DNA from: Eledone cirrhosa
Lineage: Eukaryota
Direction: 5' to 3'
Assembly (NCBI GenBank): GCA_964016885.1
Contig: OZ024743.1
Coordinates: 299,770,001-299,834,000 of the forward strand
DNA: 64,000 nucleotides
Both the position numbers and the translations under genes were made by a program. Each line of letters starts with the position of its first letter. Position 1 is the stretch's first letter. Of the stretch, positions 56,207 through 64,000 are shown one piece after another. The notes under the pieces are model-generated. The model was not told the DNA's origin. It did not search any database and saw nothing but the letters and a program-made list of their open reading frames with translations.

Positions 56207-56249
56207 ACGCTGTACTTGTTTCAAGCTTATTAGCTATCGTCAGCAACGT
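56207..56249 (-). ncRNA. Minimal type I hammerhead (family H), copy 1
   Basis: acgttg CTGACGA tagct-aata-agctt GAAA CAAG TA cagcgt. Helix I is extended by ctggcaggaagg/cctttgccag. Confidence 0.85.
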
Positions 56250-56635
56250 ATACCTTCCTGCCAGATTGTTGAACGTCTGAAAGTATATACTTTCCTTAAG
56301 CATATTAACGGCTGAGTAGCCCAATTTGCATATCGAGTGGGTTAATCGGCCAGGTGCACCGAAAACGATAAAAATGAAAGGAGATTTCATTTCCCACTCT
56401 TAGTACGGCTGTTACTTAAATATAGGTATGTACACGTACATACATATATGTATACAGACGTACAGAAGTATGCATATATATATATATACATAGATGCACA
56501 TATATATATATATATGTATGTATGGATTCACCGAACATTTATTATAATGCTCGGTGTGTTTGTAAACAAACATCCAGTATTAAGCCGTAGTGCCTAGCAA
56601 CCATCGTTGCTCGTTTGTTCAACACTGGCAAAGGA

Positions 56636-56678
56636 ACGCTGTACTTGTTTCAAGCTTATTAGCTATCGTCAGCAACGT
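56636..56678 (-). ncRNA. Minimal type I hammerhead (family H), copy 2
   Basis: Same motif as copy 1. Confidence 0.85.
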
Positions 56679-57062
56679 ATACCTTCCTGCCAGATTGTTG
56701 AACGTCTGAAAGTATATACTTTCCTTAAGCATATTAACGGCTGAGTAGCCCAATTTGCATATCGAGTGGGTTAATCGGCCAGGTGCACCGAAAACGATAA
56801 ACGGAAAAATGAAACGAAATTTCATTTCCCACTCTTACTACGGCTGTTACTTAAATATAAGTATGTACATGTACATACATATATGTATACAGACGTACAG
56901 TAGTATGTATATATATATATACATACATGCACACATATATATGTACGTATGGATTCACCGAACATTTATTATAATGCTCGGTGTGTTTGTAAACAAACAT
57001 CCCGTATTAAGCCGTAGTGCCTAGCAACCATCGTTGCTCGTTTGTTCAACACTGACAAAGGA

Positions 57063-57105
57063 ACGCTGTACTAGTTTCAAGCTTATTAGCTATTGTCAGC
57101 AACGT
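57063..57105 (-). ncRNA. Family H hammerhead copy 3 (G8A; palindromic CTAG loop III)
   Basis: acgttg CTGACAA tagctaataagctt GAAA CTAG TA cagcgt. Confidence 0.75.
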
Positions 57106-57411
57106 ATACCTTCCTGCCAGATTGTTGAACGTCTGAAAGTATATACTTTCCTTATGCATATTAACGGCTGAGTAGCCCAATTTGCATATCGAGTGGGTTA
57201 ATCGGCTGGGTGCACCGAAAACGTTAAACGGAAAAAATGAGACAAAATTTCATTTCCCACACTTAGTACGGTTGTTACTTAAATATAAGTATGTACACGT
57301 ACATACATATATGTATACAGACGTACAGTAGTATGTATATATATACACATACATCTACACATATATATGTACGTATGGATATATATATATTAATTCAAAA
57401 TATTAACAAAA

Positions 57412-57466
57412 TAGATATTTCAGAGGTACTGAGTTAACTTCAACAGTGCCTCCTCATCAGATAAAA
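57412..57466 (-). ncRNA. Degenerate hammerhead (core and helix II intact, helix I unpaired)
   Basis: CTGATGA ggaggcactg-12nt-cagtacctct GAAA TATC TA. The flanks ttttat/ttttgt do not pair. Confidence 0.55.
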
Positions 57467-58440
57467 TAAGACGATGCATTACATACCCTGACATGGTAGA
57501 TGGTTAAGATTCAGTCATGGTAGTGTATAATATATGACAAAATCCAATATTTATATATATTAATATTGAAAACATGAGAAAAACATATAATACATACAAT
57601 AGAGAGGGTACTTGTGAGAAAGTTTAAAAAATACATGGTAGCAATATAATTGTTTAATAATTTAAATTACTGAAGAAGGAGGAAAGAAAAGAAAGGCATA
57701 GAGGAAGAAACAGATGAGGGGATAATAAAGCTAGTAGGAGCCTAGAAATCAAAGGAGAGTTGATTACAGAGAGAGAGAGATGAAGAGGTATAACTTATAC
57801 AATGTAATATTATAGGGAGATATTAAACTAAAACAATATTTGGGCTTAGCTTTAGGAAAAAGGAAGAAAAAAAAGAAGAAAAACATAGGAACAAAAGAAA
57901 AATCAATTTATTGAATTATTGAAATATCTAAAAATATTTAAAAGTATTCATCAATCGGAATTTTAAATATAATTGTGTTTATTCATATGAAGGTTTTATC
58001 AAGTCCTTAGACAACTATCCATATATACAATATATATCCAAACATATCTGGTTGGCCGTTAACATTCAAAACATTTAATTTAAGTTAGTTCAGAGTAATG
58101 AATAATATTTTAGGTTATAAAAGTTAATAAATATATGTATTAATATTAAAGTGAACTATCATATTTAATTTCTAAAAACAAATTTTATGAAATCAAATTT
58201 AAAGGATTTACAAACACGAGAAAGAAAACATAATGTTTTTACAACCTCACGAAGGTAAACTTTAGTAAATTTATTATATAATATATAAATTACATATATT
58301 ACATTGAAAACAGTTTATATTATATAATTTAGAAAATAATTACAGTTGTAATTTTTAAAGAATTTTAAGATTAACTATTTGAATGCCTAAAGGATCAATA
58401 GGCCTTATAATTAAACTTAAAAAAGTATCATTATTAAATT

Positions 58441-58630
58441 ACGGTGGATTGGCAGTATCGGTGGAGGGTCCGACACCATGCTTTCCAGCGTAGTTACGTC
58501 CCTTTACGATCTGAGTTCAAATCCCGCCGAGGTTGACTTTGCCTTTCATCCTTACGGGGTCGATAAAATAAAGTACCAGTAATGCACTGGGTAATTGCTG
58601 GCCTTGTGCCTAAAGTAGAAACAATTATTA
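58441..58630 (+). mobile_element. Deu/Nin-type tRNA SINE
   Basis: ggtggattggcagtatcgg...gagttcaaatccc...gcctttcatccttacggggtcgataaaataaagtaccag. TSD-like attattaaattac on both sides. Confidence 0.9.
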
Positions 58631-59814
58631 AATTACATATGTGCGTTTATCAAAAAAAATATACACAAAGATTATATTGTGCAAAGACTTAAGATGATAC
58701 CTCTCAAATAGACATAACATAATACCATACAATAAATAAGTTACTGAAAATATTGTTAAAATTAATGCTTTAGATCAATTATTGTAATAGGATCATTTAA
58801 TAGATATATACTATAAATATACAAGTCAAAACTTCATGAGACCTAAGGATAAGGACTAGATACAAAATAACAAGTGAAAAAGTAAAAAATAATGAATTGT
58901 TTGCGAACATAAAAGTGCCCAATATCTAAAAAATATATAGTTTAAAATGCTAGAGGGTTTAAAAAAAAAAATAATATAATAGACAAACAACACTTCTAAA
59001 GTGTCCACGAAAATGATAGAAAGAGGAGCTAAGGATTTGAATGACCCGAATGTAACCCGAATTTAATTAAAATAAATTAAATTAAATTAAGTAATAATCG
59101 TTATATAATTTAGAATGTTAAGGAAATATCTGACAATTATAACAATAGAGAGTCATTTGAGTATCCAAATTAGTTATAAATGTAACTAGGAGCATGTTAT
59201 TATACTAGATAAACACGTTTGTTCAAATATATAGAGAGAGCATTATAGGTATTAGTGAAACTATATACACATAATAAATAAATAATTACAATCATTATTA
59301 GTAATGTTATAATTGTAGTTTTACCTCCAGTTCAGTGGAAAGAAAAACCAATATTTGTCGACAAGTATGATTTGTGATATCTATACCTAAATATATATAA
59401 ATATATATATGTACAAATCAAACTTTCTGAATCCCAAAACATACTCCAAATGAGTAAAATATATAATTGCATGAATGATTTACGGTTATAATTGCATGAA
59501 TGATTATAACCGGTAATCTTACAAGTTATATATATATAAATTATATACTTAAAACAAATACAAATATATAAGGATCCCAATCTAACATATATGTCTAAAA
59601 TAATCTAAAGGTGTGCATATTCAGCAAGAGAACAAGTTAACAAATAGTATGTTTATATACCTAAACAAGACCCTTTAGTCTAACATTAATTTTATCATAA
59701 ATGAATAGAAAATAAAACATTATTAAAGTTTTATTATTAAACTGCTATAACGTTTTAGGTACAACAGTTGATAAGAGACGTCAAAAATTAAAACCTGTTT
59801 ATGTAGTGTTTTTT

Positions 59815-60520
59815 CCTGACTTTTTTCGAGGCTTGGAAAGTAGACAAAGCTTTATGAAGGCAGTTTGAGAATGATTCACTTTTTTTGTTAATTAAGTTTT
59901 CATAATTAGTAATTATTAATAGGGTCTCCTTAGTACAGATGTTGCAGTTATGTGATATAGACGAATTCGAGTAGATTCTACTATTACATAGCTTCGTCCA
60001 AAGAATTGAGTATTTTAAATTTTTGTCTTTTAATGAACATATAAGTTGTGATAAAGAAGTCGAAGACTTCCTATTAGGATTCGAGAAAGAGCATTTGTGA
60101 TTCCCAAATCAAGATTTAAATGTCGAAGAAGTTGCACCTGTGTAGTTGTATGTGATGTTATTTGCTTTTACAGTGCATTTATACAACAAATTTCTATCCA
60201 GAAAATTATTTTACAGAGGCCAATCTTGTTTATTTCTACAATTACATTTCGATTTATTATTATTATAATTTATATTAACACTATTATTAATACTATTATG
60301 CTGATTCTGGTTTAGAATTCTACTATTTAGTTTAGCGATGTTTTGGGCCATATTCATAGTTGTAGAATAAGAAAGCTTAATTGTGTGCCTATTAAATATG
60401 GAATTGTATTTATGTTGAATACGGAAGGAATTATCTAAAGCTTTAAAGAATAGATTAGCTAGTGGTGTTTTATTGCTACAGAAGTTGGCAAACGATATAA
60501 CTGATTTAGTTCTGTTTTTT
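59815..60520 (-). pseudogene. Penelope-like element C-terminal thumb/linker plus GIY-YIG endonuclease remnant
   Basis: One frame, two stops: ...HKYNSIFNRHTIKLSYSTTMNM...KCNCRNKQDWPL*NNFLDRNLLYKCTV...NYTGATSSTFKS*FGNHKCSF...STSLSQLICSLKDKNLKYSILW...CNICTKE...LINKKSE...CLH. Confidence 0.85.
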
Positions 60521-60590
60521 TTCCCCCGATTTATTCACAGTACAGGTGTTTGAATTATAATTTTTAAAATCTCGTTTATACATGTCACTT

Positions 60591-60675
60591 CTGTAGAAGC
60601 TATTTCTATATAAAATATTTATACTTTGCTATGTATTAAGTACCTTACTTACTGCTGTTATCCCCGATGTAACCC
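60591..60675 (+). mobile_element. Diverged copy of the cassette A pLTR tail
   Basis: ctgtagaagc..ttctata....tactttgctatgtattaagtaccttacttactgctgttatccccgatgtaaccc aligns by eye to the reverse complement of 24876-24966. Confidence 0.75.
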
Positions 60676-60708
60676 ATGATAAACTTTATATATATATATA
60701 TATATACA

Positions 60709-60813
<105 letters not shown>

Positions 60814-61436
60814 TATATTTATATGTTGACTAATCAGGTTTGCGTACTCAACACACCGATCAGTAAATAGTGATGGAATTCTATTTGAGAAATCAAATGC
60901 ATGCGTTTTCATCGAAATATAGTTAGTCAGGCCGTCACTGAGTATATCTAGAATAAAGGGAAATGTGGATTTCGGTGTAGATGTTTCAAAATCCATTATT
61001 GATAAAGCTGTAATTATTATTTCAATGGCAAACATGGCTACGTGATTTTTCGATCAGTTAACCGGTAACTCTATAGCATCAGGCAGGATCTTATATGATA
61101 AAGTTACGTTTCCAAGGCGATCTAATCTACAGATAAGGGAAAGGACAGATATGTTTTCATGACCGATGCCAGTTCCTGGTGAACTTTAGTTCCACTTAAA
61201 CAGCTTTGCCCAGGCATGGTAGGCGGAGGATTGACCGACCATCCCTCTATCCCGCACTCCCTGCAAACAACTAGACCTAGTAAGACAAAACTTTAAACAT
61301 CGACACCGAATTTTGCATTTTCCTTATTCTCTCTCTCTCCCTCCGTTCCCTGTCTCTTACCCCCTCTCTCTATATATATATATATATTAGAGAGAGTAAG
61401 AGAGGAAGAGATGTATGTATATTCATCATTATTACC

Positions 61437-61682
61437 AGTGATGTGAATTGGCAGTATAGGTAGAGAGTCGGACGCCATGCTTTGACGCATAGAGTTACGG
61501 TCCTTGCCATTCAGAGTTCAAATCCCACCGAGGTTTACTTTGCCTTCATCCTTACGGGGTCGATAAAATAAAGTACCAGTAATGCACTGGGTAATTGGTG
61601 GCTTTGTGCCAAACGTAGAAACAATTATTAGCATTAATGTACTGGGGTAATTGCTGGCCTAGTGCCGAAAGTAGAAACAATT
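61437..61682 (+). mobile_element. Deu/Nin-type tRNA SINE with duplicated 3' tail
   Basis: attggcagtataggtagagagtcggacgccatgc...gagttcaaatccc...ggggtcgataaaataaagtaccag. The 3' segment is repeated at 61636-61682. Confidence 0.87.
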
Positions 61683-61788
61683 ATATGTGTTTATGCCTGT
61701 GCAGTTAAGTATAATATATATAACAGCTTGTTTGCATAATTGCAAACGAATCGAATGTTATTAGTATTCGAAAAACTCAGATTACATT

Positions 61789-61841
<53 letters not shown>

Positions 61842-62483
61842 TGTGTTTGTGTTCGTGTGCACGCGTACACATGCATATTCAAACCAACAAACATACATGT
61901 GCATATGTAAATAAATATAATCACACACACTACATGTACACACAGACACCCATACAAATATACATTGCTTGATTGATGGATCAACATGTAGTCACAGTAA
62001 GATCATGCTAAGAGAAGATAGGGAAGAATTGTAGGAAAAGTGAATAACTGCGATGGTGACAGAGAATAGAGTGAAAGAAACAGAGAAAACTCGCGTGAGG
62101 GTGTATGTACGAGAGAGAGAGAGAGGTGATTGGAGAGATAGAGATTGGTGAGATAAACTTTGAGAGAGAGAGGAAGAAGTGAGCAAGTGAATCCTCGATC
62201 TATGAAGAGATATGTATATCCAAACACGACAATACCTACTGATGAACCTCTTTTCACAAGCAGCTACAAAAATTATTATAAACATCTGTTTGTAAAAATG
62301 TCGATAAATTTAATATAAGCTGCACTCGAGTTCACTCGCGCTGTTTTGTAGTTGATGTGTCTTTGATCAAATAGCATTGCAATTAGAATTAACTGGTCGC
62401 ATGAGAGACCTGTATTCAACAACGTTTTTCTGCTTCTCTCACTTATACACATGCACACACATACACTTACACACACATAAGAA

Positions 62484-62533
<50 letters not shown>

Positions 62534-63857
62534 GTATACATACACTTCATCTACAGATTCAGAATAGTATTTGTATTGTAGGTTTTTCCATGTAAACCAC
62601 ATGCAATGTGAATGACCTCTCATTGTCATTATTGGGTGTGAATGGCGTTATGTCAAGTGAAATGTCCACAAATGACACTGCTAATTACAATAGGTCCATA
62701 TGTCAAATTGAACACACCACTTCAGGGAATGTTTCTAAAGGCATATGACAGTAACCTGTCAATATGCAATGGTAAATAATTACAGTTACAAGAGGCGATT
62801 GTGCTAGCGCGAATTTCTTTCTAAAATAATGGATTAGGTGGGATACGGGAAAATATGTGTTGGAACGTACGTTTCAAGTACCATACACACTCGATTCAGT
62901 CGCTTTCTCTTTATTTTACTATATATTACTATTGTTCTCACATTCATATTAGACTGAAGCACCCATGCGGGTGTAAATAACCTAGTGCCTGATTTGTCTT
63001 CTAGGGCATATCAAAATATGTAATCACATCTGTTCATACTTGATCAAAAACAATGAGACGTAAATAATGATTTAAACATATATATTTCATAGATATTTAA
63101 GATAAGTTACTTTGTCTTCTGATATTACATGATACGTTCTCTTTTTATTCTCAAAAGATCGGACAGTTATACACTATGACAGGGCACATTCAAATCGTTT
63201 TATAAATATTCTATATCATATACCTCATTTCCATGCTTCTGACATTATTCAAATTACGAATTAACTCCAAAGGTGTTCACGATAAATAATATTTCATAAT
63301 ATAAACATCAATTTGGAAGGGAAAAGAAATAACTTCTTTAAATTGGCTTTCATCCAGTGCCTAGCTATTTTCATGTTACCTTATTATTAATGATACTACA
63401 AACACCCAACACTTTCCCTCAACTTAATTTACCAAAATTATTTTTCTGCTATTTCATATTTATAGATATTTTAAAAAGCTCGAAATATTTCATCAATACA
63501 AAATAGCTTTCCACATCCACATAGTTCATAGGCGGGTAATTGCAAAACTCTTTATAGTGTAACACAAAATACACTGAGATATTTATCCTATGTGTTCTAA
63601 GATCAAATCACCTCTGGCTTAAATTTGCCGTTCAACCTTTCAGGCTCTAAATGAATGTGGTGTATTACCGAAATTATTAGAGTATCCGATAAGATGCCTT
63701 GTGGTATTTTTTTCCGTGTGAACGTATTTCAGAGTTTGCGTGTGGTACAATCAACCCCTCACCTGGTTTAACATTGTCATCTGGTTGCAAGCATTCGATC
63801 CACCTCTTCGTCTGTTAAATGCTTTCATCTCTTCCTCCTACTTGCATCGAAGGTCCT

Positions 63858-63943
<86 letters not shown>

Positions 63944-64000
63944 ATGTGTAAAAAGTAAGCAGAAATAACAACACAATTGTTACAGTACATGGAAGTGATA

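Larger units (their letters stand above)
55941..57380 (-). repeat. Tandem array, ~428 bp x 3.3, each unit carrying a hammerhead (retrozyme-like or tandem pLTR)
   Basis: Units start at about 55941, 56369, 56798 and 57225. Bounded by (TA)n. Confidence 0.93.

Noticed and set aside
60100-60215. In-frame TGA in the GIY-YIG remnant as possible selenocysteine
   Set aside because: The TGA falls at the conserved Arg of FK.R..NH (probable CGA/AGA decay), not at a Cys. A TAA stop is also present, so this is a pseudogene.
60830-61260. Coding-looking stretch with several stops
   Set aside because: I could not assign it to any protein family by eye; it needs a translated search.
62000-62300. GA-rich segment resembling the satellite in composition, with a CTGATGA
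   Set aside because: No alignable similarity to the monomer by eye, and no GAAA or helices to complete a hammerhead.
63715-63775. Minus-strand CAGGTGA ggggtt...aactct GAAA motif
   Set aside because: Two core mismatches and no convincing helix I; too degenerate to call.

Overview
This is AT-rich, repeat-dominated animal genomic DNA; the SINE and LINE repertoire suggests a cephalopod mollusc (inference). I found no host protein-coding gene, and the ORF track is almost entirely repeat artefact. Bases 1-23.7 kb are about 48 tandem copies of a 495-bp satellite with internal multi-unit duplications. Bases 23.7-35.4 kb are a chain of long (TA)n tracts that separate seven short, mutually unrelated fold-back cassettes. 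Each cassette carries a type I hammerhead ribozyme (HHR) motif on each arm, always read outward from the centre (15 motifs in total). One family has a U3-A8 core variant, and the same interval holds a CR1-group LINE whose 3' end is mirrored as a 1.18-kb palindrome. Bases 35-64 kb hold decayed retroelements (two Penelope-like ORF remnants, RTE, R4/Dong-like with a nested Helitron, Tx1/L1), Deu/Nin-domain tRNA SINEs and a retrozyme-like array of about 428-bp HHR-bearing repeats. The best candidate system is a (TA)n-associated graveyard or hotspot of non-autonomous, HHR-bearing Penelope-type hairpin elements next to a satellite that may derive from the same class. All structures were folded and translated by eye.
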